Source: Pyrobaculum sp.
Lineage (GTDB): Archaea > Thermoproteota > Thermoprotei > Thermoproteales > Thermoproteaceae
Direction of reading: 5' to 3'
Length of the DNA: 64,000 nucleotides
Assembly (NCBI GenBank): GCA_046293555.1
Contig: JBKBOT010000003.1
Span: 1 to 64,000, forward strand
Below are positions 32,585 to 45,236 of this stretch, in pieces. Under the pieces are notes generated by a model. It ran no database searches. It was given only the letters and a program-made list of their open reading frames with translations, and had not been told where the DNA came from. The translations under genes and the position numbers were made by a program. Each line of letters begins with the position of its first letter. Positions within the stretch are counted from its first letter, which is position 1.

Positions 32585-33021
32585 CTATATGCCTTCTGTC
32601 TCTTACTTCTGGCGTGTTTAATGCCAGGCTTCTTGGGCTCCGTCCTTCTTGGATCTCCCTTCAACATATATGGGTCGTACCTCTCGTAAAGCTCTTTTAA
32701 CTCCTGACTCTGGAAGTAAGCCACTAGGCCCCGGGCGATAGCTATTCTCACCGCTGTGGCTTGACCCATATAGCCGCCTCCAGACATATTAACCTCTATA
32801 TCTACCTTCTTGGCAAGATCTCCCGCCAGAACTAAAGGCTCCGCCATCTTGAGACGCGCCATCTCTATTGGCCATAACTCCAGCGGGTAGCCGTTAACTC
32901 TAGCTCTCCCAACTCCGGGCTTGACGATAGCCCTAGCTATGGCAGCCTTCTTCCTACCTATAGAGATAACCACCCTCGGCGCCTCCTGTATGACAGTGAC
33001 ACCTAACGTCCCCACGTCCAT
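32581..33021 (-). CDS. rps9: 30S ribosomal protein uS9
   Basis: [28 protein letters not shown]. Confidence 0.96.
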   Translation of the reverse strand: MDVGTLGVTVIQEAPRVVISIGRKKAAIARAIVKPGVGRARVNGYPLELWPIEMARLKMAEPLVLAGDLAKKVDIEVNMSGGGYMGQATAVRIAIARGLVAYFQSQELKELYERYDPYMLKGDPRRTEPKKPGIKHARSKRQKAYR

Positions 33022-33023
33022 GT

Positions 33024-33554
33024 CTACGAGCTAGTGGCCTGTTTTATCTTTTTCTCCCACACCTCCTGCGCCCTCGCCCACTGTTCCCACGCGGCGTAGT
33101 CAACACTACGCCATATCTCCTCTAGCGTTACATATCGTAGCAAAGGCCTGGGGGTAAACATGGCCTCTGGCATTGTGTAAGTCACTAATTTTCTCCGTTG
33201 GAGTAACTCTAGCGGAGTAGACATATAGACTCTAAGCCTTTTTAACGCCCTACGTCCAGACTCGTTTTTTGGCAACATTCCCCTCACTACTCTCTTAAAT
33301 ATCCTATCTGGCCTCCTGGGGACCTTCGGCCCCACCTTCTCCGGGTTGTAGTGAGTACGCCACTCGCTGGCCTTCCTCATGAACCACCCCACTACCACCT
33401 TCCTCTCGCCTACCACCACCGCCTTTTCTATATTGATAACTACAATTCTCAACTCTGGCTTTGTCAACAAGGCTTTAGCTAGGTAGGACGCTAGACGGCC
33501 CATTATGTGGCCTCTCGCGTCTATGATAACCTCGCCCCTCTCTGGGAGACTCAT
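33024..33554 (-). CDS. rpl13: 50S ribosomal protein uL13
   Basis: IDARGHIMGRLAS, RVVRGMLP. Confidence 0.95.
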   Translation of the reverse strand: MSLPERGEVIIDARGHIMGRLASYLAKALLTKPELRIVVINIEKAVVVGERKVVVGWFMRKASEWRTHYNPEKVGPKVPRRPDRIFKRVVRGMLPKNESGRRALKRLRVYMSTPLELLQRRKLVTYTMPEAMFTPRPLLRYVTLEEIWRSVDYAAWEQWARAQEVWEKKIKQATSS

Positions 33555-33919
33555 GTTACTATCTTGACGCCAGACCCTTTTGGAACTCTCCTGACAAGTT
33601 CGGGGACTGTCAAAACCTCGCCGCCTGCATCTAAAATCTTCCGAGCGGCTTTTGGCGAGATCTTAAACGCCGCCACCACCACTTTCTTTCTGATAACTCC
33701 ACTTCCTAACAACTTCCCGGGAATTAACACAACATCTCCCTCGTCTGCCACTCTGTCTACCTTACCCACATTTACCACCACTCTCTGTCTCCGCGGCTTT
33801 TCTATAAGCTCTGCAGCTACTTTCCATATGTTGGCAGAATTGGCTCTAGAGGCCTTTCTGAGAAATCTTATTAACATCCTCGCCTGTCTGTTAGTAGGCC
33901 CCGTGGGGTTAGGAGGCAT
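33551..33919 (-). CDS. rpl18e: 50S ribosomal protein eL18
   Basis: KPRRQRVVVNV, IPGKLLGSG. Confidence 0.95.
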   Translation of the reverse strand: MPPNPTGPTNRQARMLIRFLRKASRANSANIWKVAAELIEKPRRQRVVVNVGKVDRVADEGDVVLIPGKLLGSGVIRKKVVVAAFKISPKAARKILDAGGEVLTVPELVRRVPKGSGVKIVT

Positions 33920-33941
33920 GTGGGCAATCCTACAGACTTAT

Positions 33942-34718
33942 TTAAAATTTTTGTCTAGTCTTCTGTTCTAAAGCCTCCAGGAAGGTTGTAAACTTATTTT
34001 TCAAAATCCTAAAGGCCTCTCTCAACGCGGCGTCTACGTCATAATTCCCAAAAGACTCCACCCAGAAGACGTATTTGTCTTTCTCCCACTCTACCTCAAG
34101 CCCCTCTTTACACAAGTCCTTACATGTCCACGCCCTGTTAAACGTGCAGTCTAGAGGATCTTCTAGATTTTTACATACTTCTCTACATCTCTCTCTACAC
34201 GTCTCGTCTTTTATCACAACTCTGGGGTAGTAATAATAGCTAGCCACCGCCGCCTGCCACTTGGCGTGATCTCTCGCCCGTCCCAACTTGGCATATGCCT
34301 CCAACACGATAGACTGGCCTTTTGCCAACTTTACGAGAGGGATGTCTTTATAGACAGGCACCACGTCGGCCCTATCTGAAACCAGGTCGCCGGAATACAC
34401 GACCATCTCTCCATCTGCAGACACCTGGAGGACAAGTCTAGTGCTACATTCTGAGGGATCTGCCAGACCTGACTCGCAGTCCTCTATAGGTGGGAGCGAG
34501 CGAAGCGGCGTGGTAAGTGGGATTAGGCCGACCCTGTGGGCAAGCATCTCGTCGTACATCACAGAGGTGTTATTAATAATGATCACTGAGTCTACCGCCA
34601 TGGCGGGAAGATCGGCAATAATAACCCTCCTAAGGGAGTTAACCAGCGAGGGGCAGGCTCCCTCTATTACCGCCTTTAGAAACCTCTCGGATTTCTCAAC
34701 TACCGTCGCTTTTGGCAT
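33942..34718 (-). CDS. rpoD: RNA polymerase subunit D (Rpo3)
   Basis: NSLRR, NNTSVMYDEMLAHRVGLIP, HAKWQ. Confidence 0.96.
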   Translation of the reverse strand: MPKATVVEKSERFLKAVIEGACPSLVNSLRRVIIADLPAMAVDSVIIINNTSVMYDEMLAHRVGLIPLTTPLRSLPPIEDCESGLADPSECSTRLVLQVSADGEMVVYSGDLVSDRADVVPVYKDIPLVKLAKGQSIVLEAYAKLGRARDHAKWQAAVASYYYYPRVVIKDETCRERCREVCKNLEDPLDCTFNRAWTCKDLCKEGLEVEWEKDKYVFWVESFGNYDVDAALREAFRILKNKFTTFLEALEQKTRQKF

Positions 34719-35161
34719 TATCTAGCTGGCTTCTGTTTCTTGCCGCGCCAAATTGCCCATAGAGAGACGCCGTTGACCTTCACGACCTTAAACCTCACCC
34801 CCGGGATGTCGCCTAGAGATTTGCCTTCAGGCCCGCCGATACGTTCTATTATAACCTCGTCGTGTTCATTTATGTAATTTAGACTGCCGTCGTAAGGCAC
34901 AAAGGCTGTTACCACCTTGCCGTTTTTCACCAGTTGTACTCTTACACATTTACGGACAGCCGCGTTGGGCTTTCTGGCCTCCACGCCGACTTTTTCGAGC
35001 ACAATGCCGCGAGCCATCGGCGCCCCCTCTAGGGGGTCATACTTCTCAACTAGTCCCAACAACTTGCGTTTATAGTTGACGTCATTCCATCTAAATTTCT
35101 GTCTTTTTCGCCTCAGCTTCCCGCCGGCAAATAGCCCATATGGCGACTTTTTGCCAGGCAT
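34718..35161 (-). CDS. rps12: 30S ribosomal protein uS12
   Basis: [25 protein letters not shown]. Confidence 0.97.
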   Translation of the reverse strand: MPGKKSPYGLFAGGKLRRKRQKFRWNDVNYKRKLLGLVEKYDPLEGAPMARGIVLEKVGVEARKPNAAVRKCVRVQLVKNGKVVTAFVPYDGSLNYINEHDEVIIERIGGPEGKSLGDIPGVRFKVVKVNGVSLWAIWRGKKQKPAR

Positions 35162-35188
35162 GGCTTTTTCAACTTACTGTTTTTAAAC

Positions 35189-35623
35189 TTATGCCAATAT
35201 GATCTTCTCTATGTCGTAATAACGTCTAGCCAGCAGCCTAGCTCTGGCGATATTACGGCCATTTTTGCCAATAGCCACCCCCCTATCTTCTGGAGAGACT
35301 GTGGTGATGGCAACTTTCGCGCCTGAGGGGGCCTTTGTGATTTTTACTATTAACACCCTGGCTGGATACAAGCTGTTTTTAATAATCTCCTCTGGGCTGT
35401 CTCCTATCTCTACTATCTCTACATCTTTTCCAATAATCTGTCTAAGCATTTTGACATTAGCGCCGTTTCTCCCCACAGCCTGTGCCGCCTGGTTTTTCTG
35501 TACTAGAAAAATAATTCGAGAATATTCGTCATCTATAACCACGTCGAGAGGCGTTACGCCCGTAATGCTCTCAAAAAGCGTGGCGTATCTAATCTCCTCT
35601 TCTGTAAGCCGTATATTAGGCAT
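35189..35623 (-). CDS. nusA: Transcription factor NusA
   Basis: Two KH domains ([14 protein letters not shown]); canonical position after L30e. Confidence 0.95.
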   Translation of the reverse strand: MPNIRLTEEEIRYATLFESITGVTPLDVVIDDEYSRIIFLVQKNQAAQAVGRNGANVKMLRQIIGKDVEIVEIGDSPEEIIKNSLYPARVLIVKITKAPSGAKVAITTVSPEDRGVAIGKNGRNIARARLLARRYYDIEKIILA

Positions 35624-35921
35624 GTTCTATTATCTTTAAGATCTCGCTCTGGCCTGGGTCTATAACTGCAAGAACTACAATCTTATGCGGCCTCTTTGCG
35701 GCAGCCCCCAGCTCTATGCTTGACCCAGGGAAGACAAATATGGGGATACCGGCGAGTTTTGCGTAATATTCAATATCGTCTCTAGCCCACCTGGGGGCGT
35801 TAGCCGCCATTATTACCAACCTTGGGGCGCCTGTCAAGATGGATTTTTTAGCCTCCTTAAATCCCATCACCACCTTACCTGTATTTATCGCCACCTGAAG
35901 CTCCTTCCCTATATCCACCAC
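35616..35921 (-). CDS. rpl30e: 50S ribosomal protein eL30
   Basis: TGKVVMG, YYAKLA, ELGAA, DPGQS. Confidence 0.95.
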   Translation of the reverse strand: MVDIGKELQVAINTGKVVMGFKEAKKSILTGAPRLVIMAANAPRWARDDIEYYAKLAGIPIFVFPGSSIELGAAAKRPHKIVVLAVIDPGQSEILKIIEHA

Positions 35922-35957
35922 GTTGTTGTGGTAAATAGATTCCTTAAAAAGATTTTT

Positions 35958-37094
35958 CTAGAACTTCATTAATAGCTTAACTATGCCGGTACCTATAGGC
36001 ACATACTTGCCGGCAATTATGCTTTCCACAACGCCTCTAAACCTCTCCTCCTCCCCCCTCACCGCGGATTCTACCAACGTCTTTACAGTTACCTCAAACG
36101 CCGCTCTTGCCAACGGCGACTCTTTAGCGCCAACAATGCCGTGGCGACCAATGGGCTTAAGCCTCCCCGACCACGTCATGGCGTCTGCCACTAGATACAT
36201 ATGTCTAATGTCTGCATCAAGGCCCTGTTCTTCAAGCACACGTCTTATCTCCCGCGCCACTAACGCCCTGGCGGCCTCTATGCCTAACACCTCTTCAACC
36301 TCGTGGAGGTCGTTACTATAGGTCCGCGCGGGGTCCACCTCTTCCAGCTGTAATACAGACTCCAGGTTGGTCCCCTCTGTAACTATATACCACTCGTCGT
36401 TTTTAGAGTCGTACTGTAGAATCACCTTTCTAATTCCCTTAATGCCAGAAATCTTCATCTGGAGTATCTTATCTCTCGCCTTTTTTATCTTCAAGACGTC
36501 AGGCGTGGCCAACGTGATGACTACAGCACGCCCCTTTACAGAAATAGCCATGTCCCTCCCCTTGGCTCTAGAGAGGATTTTCTCAACATCTTTAAGACTA
36601 AGCCCTCTATACCTGAGCTGCTCCTGGTCGAGAGTTATGGTAATTACGCCAGATATGTAGTCTATGTCAACCTCTTTTGTTAACATCTCGAGAGTTACCT
36701 GCTGTATCCTCTTGGCTACAGCCTCGGCCGCATCTTTACTTTTATTATGGGGAGACTTTAAATAGATAAACATCAACGGCGTGGAGGGATTTCTCCTGGC
36801 GTCTACTATCTCTATAAGTCTCGGCAGACCTCTAGCCATAGAGAACTCCCTCAGGCCTGCATAGTGGAAAGAACGTAAGATCATCTGTGTGCCCGGCTCT
36901 CCGATAGACTGAGCCGTCACGATGCCTACAGCCTCCCCGGGGTCTATTAACGACGTGGCGTATAGCTTCAACACCCTGTAAATAAGGCGGATGGCCCTCT
37001 CCTCGTCGAGCTCCTTTACCGCCTTCTCCAGCTCTCTATATAGCGGCTGCGGCAACACGTTCGCCACTTTTGCCAAAAGCTCGCTCATATCCAT
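35958..37094 (-). CDS. rpoA2: RNA polymerase subunit A'' (Rpo1C)
   Basis: [25 protein letters not shown]. Confidence 0.97.
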   Translation of the reverse strand: MDMSELLAKVANVLPQPLYRELEKAVKELDEERAIRLIYRVLKLYATSLIDPGEAVGIVTAQSIGEPGTQMILRSFHYAGLREFSMARGLPRLIEIVDARRNPSTPLMFIYLKSPHNKSKDAAEAVAKRIQQVTLEMLTKEVDIDYISGVITITLDQEQLRYRGLSLKDVEKILSRAKGRDMAISVKGRAVVITLATPDVLKIKKARDKILQMKISGIKGIRKVILQYDSKNDEWYIVTEGTNLESVLQLEEVDPARTYSNDLHEVEEVLGIEAARALVAREIRRVLEEQGLDADIRHMYLVADAMTWSGRLKPIGRHGIVGAKESPLARAAFEVTVKTLVESAVRGEEERFRGVVESIIAGKYVPIGTGIVKLLMKF

Positions 37095-39736
37095 AACTTA
37101 AGCGACTTTATGTCGGCAACCTTGCCGTGATCTGAACGACTGACATCTACGCCATCTTCTCCATAAAGTAGCTGTAGTAAAGACCCCTCGCCAAATCTCA
37201 CAGTGCCGTCGTAGCCGATGTAGATATCCTGCAGCGCGTTTATAAGCCTTCTCTGCATGTATCCAGACTGGGCGGTACGCACCGCAGTGTCTATAAGGCC
37301 GTCGCGGCCCGCGGCGGCGTGGAAGAAATACTCCACAGGCGTTAGGCCATGTCTAAAACTGCTTCGGACAAAGCCGCCTGCATGTGGCCCGATGTCTCCC
37401 GGCGGGAAGTGTGCCGTAGTTCTCGTCCTAAACCCACGTCTAATACGTTCACCTCTTATAGTCTGTTGCCCCAACGCGGCTACCATCTGTACGATGTTTA
37501 TAACGCTCCCCCGGGCCCCCGTTTTCGCCATTAGGTAGCCCTCCACGTCTTTTCTTACATATTTCTCCACCACGGCGGCTGCATCTTCACGGACCTTAGA
37601 TAATATCTCAGTTAACCTATTTTCAAAAGTCTCCTCGACGGTAAATCCAGGCATGGCCTCAAGCCGCCCCGCCTTATATTCGTCGATAAGGCCATCTGCC
37701 TTCCTAAGGCTCTCGTCTATAAGGGCGTCTAGGTCTTTATACGCCTCTGGCGGGATGTAGACAGAGTCGAAGCCAAACGTGAAGCCCCTAAGGTCGAGGT
37801 ACCTGAGAAATAGCCTTAGCGACGAATCTAGCCACCTTCTGGCCACTTCTGGCGGATAGTCGCGAGCTATGCGGTGCCATAGCGAATCCACCTGTTCCGC
37901 GCCAATAGACTTCTTGTCTAAAACGCCTTTTGCAAAAACGCCGTTGGTTATGATAATCCACTCGTCGCCCCAACACCTATACGCATTGTCGCACTTAGAC
38001 TTAAAGGCTGTGGGCTGTACCCAGTTTAAGTCTTTGGGTAGAAAGTGTGAAATTATCTGCTTGCCGGTCCACAGCTCTACTGGATGTAATATGGCGGGCT
38101 CCGGCGGGTCTTCTGTAGACTTCCCAGCCCCCAGTAGGTAGGCCACCTCCTTCTTTGTGAGAAATGTGGACTTGTGCGACAGGAGGTACGCCCCTATGAT
38201 GTAATCTTGACGTGCGCCAATTATGGCGCCGCCATAACGCGGGGTGATGATATGCCTCTCTACTAACATAAGGACTCGCGCCTCAGCTCTAGCCTCTTCT
38301 GTCTGTAATACATGTAGGTTCATCTCATCTCCGTCAAAATCCGCATTGTAGGGTGGACATACCGCCAGATGTAGGCGGAATGTACGTCCAGGCAGTACTT
38401 TAACCAAATGGCCCATTATGGACACCCTGTGTAACGACGGCTGTCGGTTAAAGAGCACAATGTCGCCATCGGCAAGATGTCTTTCTACAATCCAACCTGG
38501 CGCAAGCCTCTCGGCGAGGGCCTTTCTGTCTTTTACATACCTGAGGTCAATCCTCCTCCCCTCTGGCGTAATGACATAATTGGCGCCAGGCCACACCTCG
38601 GGGCCTCTCACCACATATTGACGTAACATATCTACATTCCATATGGTGACCCGTTCTGGCACCGTCAAGACCTTGGCTATGTCGGCAGGGACGCCCACCT
38701 CGTTAATACTTATATGTGGGTCGGGGCTTATGACCGTACGTGCGGAGAAATTCACACGTTTGCCAGAAAGCGAGCCTCTAAAACGGCCCTCCTTCCCCTT
38801 AAGCCTCTGGGCGATACCCTTAAGAGGCCTCCCGCCGCGGTGTTTAGCCACAGGTATTCCCGGCAGCTCGTTGTCAAAAAGAGTGGCGACGTGGTATTGC
38901 AACAAATCCCACAGGTTATCCACCACATTTGTGGGGGCACCCGTCTCTATGGCGATTTTCAACTTTTCGTTCATACGGATGATATCTACAAGCTTGTGGG
39001 TAAGGTCGTCCTCGCTACGAATCCCCGTCTCTAGCTGTATTGAAGGCCTCACGTGGGGCGGCGGCACTGGCAGCACCTTTAAGACCAGCCACTCTGGCCT
39101 CGCCACCACGGGGTTTATGCCAAGTAGCTCTAAGTCCTCATTGGGAATCTTGGCGAGCTTATCTCGTAAGGTTTCTGGATCTAGTTTAACCAACGCGCCG
39201 TTTTCCGTCTCCTTGTAGAAATAATACGGCCGCTCAAACCTAACCTTGGCTTTCTTATAGCCACAGTGGGGACACGTAGTCCTTTCGGAGGCCTTCTTGC
39301 GGATCTTCTCCTGGAGGTTTTGAGCCAAGAGCCGCCACTTTTTCTTAAGTCTGGCAAGCCGCTCTCTATATCGCTGTATTTCTTCTTCTCTAAGCATAAT
39401 CCTGCCGCAATTTGGACACGTGGCCCTAAGGATGTCGTAAATAATCCTGGCATAACTCACATGTATCACAGGCTTTACCAACTCCACGTGTCCAAAATGG
39501 CCTGGACATACGTCATGTGTCTGTCCACAAGTCTCACATCGAGCTCCGGGCTCAGAGACGCCCAGCCGCCTGTCGGCAATACCCCCCCTCACCGGGAGTC
39601 CACCCTCGTCGTAGACTTCAGAAGTGGTGATCTCCATTACGGAATATTTACGTACCATCTCTGGGCTCAAGACGCCAAACTTTATAGACTTGATAACCTT
39701 ACGTGGGATAGTATCTAGCTCCTCCTTTAATGACAC
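37085..39736 (-). CDS. rpoA1: RNA polymerase subunit A' (Rpo1N)
   Basis: [27 protein letters not shown]. Confidence 0.98.
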   Translation of the reverse strand: MSLKEELDTIPRKVIKSIKFGVLSPEMVRKYSVMEITTSEVYDEGGLPVRGGIADRRLGVSEPGARCETCGQTHDVCPGHFGHVELVKPVIHVSYARIIYDILRATCPNCGRIMLREEEIQRYRERLARLKKKWRLLAQNLQEKIRKKASERTTCPHCGYKKAKVRFERPYYFYKETENGALVKLDPETLRDKLAKIPNEDLELLGINPVVARPEWLVLKVLPVPPPHVRPSIQLETGIRSEDDLTHKLVDIIRMNEKLKIAIETGAPTNVVDNLWDLLQYHVATLFDNELPGIPVAKHRGGRPLKGIAQRLKGKEGRFRGSLSGKRVNFSARTVISPDPHISINEVGVPADIAKVLTVPERVTIWNVDMLRQYVVRGPEVWPGANYVITPEGRRIDLRYVKDRKALAERLAPGWIVERHLADGDIVLFNRQPSLHRVSIMGHLVKVLPGRTFRLHLAVCPPYNADFDGDEMNLHVLQTEEARAEARVLMLVERHIITPRYGGAIIGARQDYIIGAYLLSHKSTFLTKKEVAYLLGAGKSTEDPPEPAILHPVELWTGKQIISHFLPKDLNWVQPTAFKSKCDNAYRCWGDEWIIITNGVFAKGVLDKKSIGAEQVDSLWHRIARDYPPEVARRWLDSSLRLFLRYLDLRGFTFGFDSVYIPPEAYKDLDALIDESLRKADGLIDEYKAGRLEAMPGFTVEETFENRLTEILSKVREDAAAVVEKYVRKDVEGYLMAKTGARGSVINIVQMVAALGQQTIRGERIRRGFRTRTTAHFPPGDIGPHAGGFVRSSFRHGLTPVEYFFHAAAGRDGLIDTAVRTAQSGYMQRRLINALQDIYIGYDGTVRFGEGSLLQLLYGEDGVDVSRSDHGKVADIKSLKLWI

Positions 39737-39772
39737 GGCGGTGGATACAGATATATATTTAAAGTTTTTAAG

Positions 39773-42700
39773 CTACTCTAAAATCTCTGTAAGTTCTAAC
39801 TTTGGATATATCCCCAATGCTATTAATTCCTGTAGCATTAGCTTAAAGGCGTATGGTATCACCACCTTGCTAAATGGCGCAGCATCTCCATGGATGGGAC
39901 ACTTGGGCTTGTTCGACTTGGCGTCTAGATATGCGGGGAGGCCACAGTGTTCACATACATACATGACATATTTGTCACTAGACTCCACAAGCCTCTCGTA
40001 AAGCAACGCCGAGGCGCCGTGGGCGATAAGCACATCTCTCTCCATCTCGCCAAGCCTCAGCCCCCCCTCCCTAGAACGGCCCTCGGTGGGCTGTCTCGTC
40101 AATATCTGTACAGGCCCTCTAGCTCTGGCATGTATCTTATCTGCCACCATGTGGTGTAACTTCTGGTAGTAAACAATGCCGACAAAGATATCTGCAACAA
40201 GTCTCTCCCCGGTAATTCCGCTATACATAACCTCTCTCCCATCCCACTTAAAGCCAAGTTTTAACAACAATTTCTTCAAGTCTTCCTCCCTCACCCCCTC
40301 AAAGGGGGTTGCGTCTATCAGCTGTCCGGTCAACGCCCCGATTTTACCCGCCATGCTTTCTAACAATTGCGCCACAGTCATGCGGGACGGGAGGGCGTGG
40401 GGATTTACAATAATATCTGGCACCACCCCGTCTTCTGTAAAGGGCATATCCTCATGTCTTATCAACATGCCCACAACCCCCTTCTGCCCATGTCTGGAGG
40501 CGAACTTATCCCCAAGCTCTGGTATTCGCAACTCTCTCAGCCTTACTTTTACAAGCCTGTTCCCCTCTGGCGACTCTGTGATGACAACACGATCCACTAT
40601 GCCCCTCTCCCCACGGCGTACCGCCACCGAGCTGTCTCTCCTCTCCTTCAATATACGTTCAGCCTCTAGGGTGGTGTAAAACCTCGGCGGCGCGGTCTTG
40701 CCAATAATCACCTCGTTACTACTCACATAAACCTCTGGAGGCGCGATGCCATCTTCATCAAGGTGGCTATAGGCCTCGGGCCCCCTATAGCCCTTTACAG
40801 ACTGGTCTGGAATTTCGATCTTGTCCTCCTCCCCCCCTGGATATTTCTGCTCCTCGGCCTCATAGGTACGGTAGAAGACAGAACGGAACATGCCTCTCTC
40901 CACTGCGGCCTTGTTTAAAATAACTGAGTCCTCTATATTGTATCCAGTATATGTAAGCAAGGCCACTACGGCGTTTTGACCAGCCGGCTTTTTCGAATAG
41001 CCCACAAGCTCAAGCCCCCTGGTGGCAACTATCGGGCGTTCGGGGTAATACAACATGTGCCCCCTAGAGTCCAGCTTATAGAGGAAGTTAGATTGAGGCA
41101 AGCCCAGCGACTGTTTCGCCATAGCCGCCTCGTATTGATTACGGGGAGACTGGTTATGTTCAAGATAGGGGATAACTGAAGCCACGGCGCCTAGTATTGA
41201 AGAAGGCACAATCTCAACATGTGTGTACATGCTTAAGTCCTCCTCGGGGTTTACCGCAATGTGGGCATTTTCCTCCTCGTCTGCATCTAGGTATTCCACC
41301 ACGCCCATCTTTACCAAGTCGTCCCACGTCAGTTCTCCCCGTTTTACTTTCTCTATAATTTCTTTAGTGAGCTTCAGCTTGCCGTCATATACTACAAGTA
41401 AAGGCCTGCGGATTCTCCCCCCATCGCAGTTAACATAGACGGCGTTGTCCAGATGCGCTATGTTTATCTCGTCGTCTATCCTCCCCTGTCTTCTAAGACT
41501 CCTCACATTTCTCACAAGCTCCTCGGGCTGTGGATGTACGCCAATAAGCCTGCCGTTTAGATAAACCTCAGCGCCCTCCTCCCCCTCTTCCCGCGCCTTG
41601 TGGATCGGCACCACCCCCATGTCAAGAAGTAATTGTTCTACCTCTCTCTCATCAACCCCTGTGGTTAGCTCGGCTAAAAGCGCCAAGTTTTTAACAAGGC
41701 CCACATTCTGGCCTTCTGGAGTCTCTACGGCACATAGCCTCCCCCACTGCGTGGCGTGTAAGTCACGAGCCTCGAAATGTGGCTGAGTTCTCGACAGTGA
41801 GGACACAACTCTACGTAGGTAGCTTAGAGTAGAGAGGTAGTTTGTCCTATCTAAGATCTGCGAGACGCCGGTCTTTCCACCCACCCAATTGCCTGTAGCT
41901 AACGCCTGTCTAACCCTTTCAGTTATTATGTCAGGCCTTACGATAGTCTGGAGGTGGGGTATCCTCCCCCTTGCGTAATATTTCTCCAGCTGGCCTTTAA
42001 GCTCCTGTAAGAACTGTTTAAAGACTGTACGAAACAGCTGTGTCATCAAGTCGCCTACCAGCCTAACCCGCTTGTTTGCCACATGGTCTTTGTCGTCTGG
42101 CTGCCTCCGGCCTAGCTGCATCTCCACAAGCCCCTTGACCACTTGTCCCAACATTAGCGCTTTCTTTAGCCTAACCTCCTGTTGTCTCCTCTCGTCAGGC
42201 GCCGTAGTGCCTAGATGCGGCAAGAAGTACCTATCTAACAGCTGGAGGGCCCTCTCGACTCTAATAGGTCTGGGCTGACCTGCAGCCACCTTGCCGCCAA
42301 TAAAATCTAGGGCGTCTTCTCTCGAGATGGCAATTTGGTTTGCGGCAATTATGGAGGGGAGAAGCTCTTTCTGTATCTCGACGTCGTTAGAAACAGCCCT
42401 AACCACCTCCTCATCTGACTCAAGACCCAGCGCCTTCATGTATATAGGGAAGGGGATCTTGACCGGCATGGCAGAAAGCTGTGCATATATAACCCCATCT
42501 CTGTGGAACTCTACAATCAACGTACTTCTATACCCAATCCCGGTGGAGATCACCTTGGCCAGAAATCTTACAGAAGGCTTGTCGCCTTTGTCATATATAG
42601 GCCTGTCGGTAACTAGATCTTCTTGAGAAATTATCACCCGCTCGCTCCCGTTAATAATGAAGTAGCCCCCCAGGTCTTGGATATCTTCAAACTTCTTGGC

Positions 42701-43153
42701 GTATTCCCCAGGTCTTAACTTAGCTAAGTTACACCGCCTAGATTTAACCATTATTGGCAACTCGCCTATGTAAAAAGTCTCGGTCATATAAGGCTCGTCG
42801 TCTACATAAAGAGTGGCGGTGAGATAAAGCGGGGCGGCATAGGTGGCGTTCCGCAGGCGGGCCTCCATTGGGTAAATTGCCGACTCGGACCCATCGCTTT
42901 CTTTAATTCTCGGCAGGCCCACCTCTATCTTTTCTAACACAATCTTCAGCCCCTTGATTTCTGTCTCCACAACTTTAAAATCCTCCATAATACGCGGCAG
43001 CCTCTTCTCCACAAAGTCGTTAAAAGACTTTATCTGGTGGCTGACGAGCCCCATGTCTTTAACAAATCTCTCCACCAGTGCCCACCTGTCGTCCCTACTG
43101 GGGAACCCACCATCTGCGCTCTTGACTACAGGGAGTGGGAGCAAGTCGACCAT
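39773..43153 (-). CDS. rpoB: RNA polymerase subunit B (Rpo2, unsplit)
   Basis: GDKFASRHGQKG, GRSREGGLRLGEMERD. Confidence 0.98.
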   Translation of the reverse strand: MVDLLPLPVVKSADGGFPSRDDRWALVERFVKDMGLVSHQIKSFNDFVEKRLPRIMEDFKVVETEIKGLKIVLEKIEVGLPRIKESDGSESAIYPMEARLRNATYAAPLYLTATLYVDDEPYMTETFYIGELPIMVKSRRCNLAKLRPGEYAKKFEDIQDLGGYFIINGSERVIISQEDLVTDRPIYDKGDKPSVRFLAKVISTGIGYRSTLIVEFHRDGVIYAQLSAMPVKIPFPIYMKALGLESDEEVVRAVSNDVEIQKELLPSIIAANQIAISREDALDFIGGKVAAGQPRPIRVERALQLLDRYFLPHLGTTAPDERRQQEVRLKKALMLGQVVKGLVEMQLGRRQPDDKDHVANKRVRLVGDLMTQLFRTVFKQFLQELKGQLEKYYARGRIPHLQTIVRPDIITERVRQALATGNWVGGKTGVSQILDRTNYLSTLSYLRRVVSSLSRTQPHFEARDLHATQWGRLCAVETPEGQNVGLVKNLALLAELTTGVDEREVEQLLLDMGVVPIHKAREEGEEGAEVYLNGRLIGVHPQPEELVRNVRSLRRQGRIDDEINIAHLDNAVYVNCDGGRIRRPLLVVYDGKLKLTKEIIEKVKRGELTWDDLVKMGVVEYLDADEEENAHIAVNPEEDLSMYTHVEIVPSSILGAVASVIPYLEHNQSPRNQYEAAMAKQSLGLPQSNFLYKLDSRGHMLYYPERPIVATRGLELVGYSKKPAGQNAVVALLTYTGYNIEDSVILNKAAVERGMFRSVFYRTYEAEEQKYPGGEEDKIEIPDQSVKGYRGPEAYSHLDEDGIAPPEVYVSSNEVIIGKTAPPRFYTTLEAERILKERRDSSVAVRRGERGIVDRVVITESPEGNRLVKVRLRELRIPELGDKFASRHGQKGVVGMLIRHEDMPFTEDGVVPDIIVNPHALPSRMTVAQLLESMAGKIGALTGQLIDATPFEGVREEDLKKLLLKLGFKWDGREVMYSGITGERLVADIFVGIVYYQKLHHMVADKIHARARGPVQILTRQPTEGRSREGGLRLGEMERDVLIAHGASALLYERLVESSDKYVMYVCEHCGLPAYLDAKSNKPKCPIHGDAAPFSKVVIPYAFKLMLQELIALGIYPKLELTEILE

Positions 43154-43182
43154 TAGCCCAGCGGAGTGACAGATATAAAAAG

Positions 43183-43410
43183 TTATCCAGGTATTACAAG
43201 CCGGTAGATTACAGATTCCCCAGCAGTTGGCGACTCCCTCACGATTTTCACCACGTCGCCCGGCTTGGCGCCTACAGACTGCACAAGGGGGTCTCGCGAC
43301 CTAATCCAAGGCAACTGCCAGGGCTTAAGCCGTAGCTGTCTTAACAAGATTTTTGCCTCCTCTTTTGGAATTACCACAACTTCTTTAACTCCCAACAGGG
43401 CTCTAGACAC
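43183..43410 (-). CDS. rpoH: RNA polymerase subunit H (Rpo5)
   Basis: QLPWIRSRDP, GAKPGDVVKIVRES; probable start GTG 43410. Confidence 0.93.
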   Translation of the reverse strand: MSRALLGVKEVVVIPKEEAKILLRQLRLKPWQLPWIRSRDPLVQSVGAKPGDVVKIVRESPTAGESVIYRLVIPG

Positions 43411-43454
43411 AGACAGAAATTTGCCAAACTTTAAAAAGTTGATGCCATCTGTAG

Positions 43455-45236
43455 TCACCTTGGCGCTCTTATTGTCGACCTGATCTCGTTTTTAAGGTCT
43501 TCTATAAATTTTGTAATCTCTTCTTTCGCCACGTCGTTAGGTACTTCCATCCTTAGTCTTGCGAGCCGTTTTACCGTCTCTAGTTCTCTTAATATAGATG
43601 CGGAGACTCCGGCCTCTATCGCCTTGAGGCCCTCCTCGTAGTATGTATATATTGCCTTCATCAACAAGAACTGTTTTGCTGGCTGCGACGGCGTGTCGAT
43701 TGGGTTGTAGGAATCCTGTTTGAGGAACCCCTCTCTAATCATAAAGGCTACGTTAAGCAGATGTTTCTCACTTTCGCTCAACGCCTCGGTGCCAAGTATT
43801 CTCACAATCTCCTGTAGCTCCGCCTCTTTTACTAATACAGACATAAACACCTCTCTAATGCGTTTCCACTCGGGGCCGACGTTTTTAGACCACCACACCT
43901 CCACGGTGTCTACATAACGAGAGAAGCCGAGCAGCCAGTCTATGGCGGGGTAGTGGCGGGAGTAGGCCAGTCTTGCCGAGAGTGGCCAAAAGGCGCCAAT
44001 AAAGCGGAGGGTATTAGAAGTCACGGGCTCTGTGAAGTCGCCGCCAGGCGGGCTGACAGACGCAGCGATGGTGAGTGACCCCACCCGCTCCCTGCTGCCT
44101 AATAACGTCACACGTCCAGCCCGCTCGTAGAATTCTGCCAACCTTGTGGGGAGATACGCCGGGAACCCCTCTTCTGAGGGCATCTCCCCAATGCGGAGCG
44201 CCACCTCACGCATTGCCTCTGCCCAACGTGAGGTAGAATCCGCAGATACCAACACGTCATATCCCTGATCTCTAAAGTACTCCCCCAGGGTGGTGCCCAT
44301 ATATATAGACGCCTCCCTGGCGGCAACCGGCATGTTGGAAGTATTTACAATAATCGTGGTACGTTCAAGCAAAGACCTGCCTGTAGCCGGGTCTCTAAGT
44401 TTTAACAAGCCGTGTAGGGCATCCGCCGCCTCGTTGCCCCGCTCTCCGCAAAGCACCGGTATGATAACCCTACTCTGTGCGTAGAGAAACAAGGTTCTGA
44501 TTAAAACGGTCTTGCCTGTACCAAAGGGTCCAGGCACGGCGGCGGTACCGCCCCTGGCGATTGGAAATATCGTGTCGGTAGCACGGACGCCCGTAATTAG
44601 GGGCTCCACTGGAGGTAACTTTTCTCTAAAGGGCCTAGGCCTCCTCACAGGCCACTTGTGCCACATCTTCACCTCCACTACCCCCCGCCTGGTCTTTATC
44701 CTGGCAATAACGTCGTCTACCTTATATCTGCCGTCTGCTACCCACTCCACAACGCCGGGAGTGTGCTCGGGCAGTGGGGGGTAGAGGATGTAGTGAGTCA
44801 AAAGCTCGGTCTCTTTGACAGATCCCAACACGTCGCCTGGATACACCTCTTCTCCAGGCCTTACTGCAGGCATGAAGTCAAATTCCGCCTCTAAGTCCAA
44901 CGGCGGCGCCTTGTCGTAACCTATACCGCGGGCCACAAAGGGGGTCTTAGAGATCTCCTCGATATGTCTTAAAGGCCTCTGAACCCCGTCGTAAATCTTT
45001 CCCATTATGGTTGGCCCCAGCCAGGCGCTTAGAGGCTCGCCGCTTCTTACCACGGGCTCGCCGGGCTTAAGGCCCGTGGTGTCCTCATAGACCTGGATAA
45101 AGGCCTTCTCCCCCTGTATCCTCACCACCTCGCCGAAAAGCCTTATCTCGCCTACAAAGACGAGCTCGTAAAGCCTGGCGCCGGGGAGCTCCGCCTTTAC
45201 TACAGGGCCCGAGATATATTCAATCCTACCGCTCAT
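43455..45236 (-). CDS. atpA: A-type ATP synthase subunit A
   Basis: [27 protein letters not shown]; no intein. Confidence 0.96.
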   Translation of the reverse strand: MSGRIEYISGPVVKAELPGARLYELVFVGEIRLFGEVVRIQGEKAFIQVYEDTTGLKPGEPVVRSGEPLSAWLGPTIMGKIYDGVQRPLRHIEEISKTPFVARGIGYDKAPPLDLEAEFDFMPAVRPGEEVYPGDVLGSVKETELLTHYILYPPLPEHTPGVVEWVADGRYKVDDVIARIKTRRGVVEVKMWHKWPVRRPRPFREKLPPVEPLITGVRATDTIFPIARGGTAAVPGPFGTGKTVLIRTLFLYAQSRVIIPVLCGERGNEAADALHGLLKLRDPATGRSLLERTTIIVNTSNMPVAAREASIYMGTTLGEYFRDQGYDVLVSADSTSRWAEAMREVALRIGEMPSEEGFPAYLPTRLAEFYERAGRVTLLGSRERVGSLTIAASVSPPGGDFTEPVTSNTLRFIGAFWPLSARLAYSRHYPAIDWLLGFSRYVDTVEVWWSKNVGPEWKRIREVFMSVLVKEAELQEIVRILGTEALSESEKHLLNVAFMIREGFLKQDSYNPIDTPSQPAKQFLLMKAIYTYYEEGLKAIEAGVSASILRELETVKRLARLRMEVPNDVAKEEITKFIEDLKNEIRSTIRAPR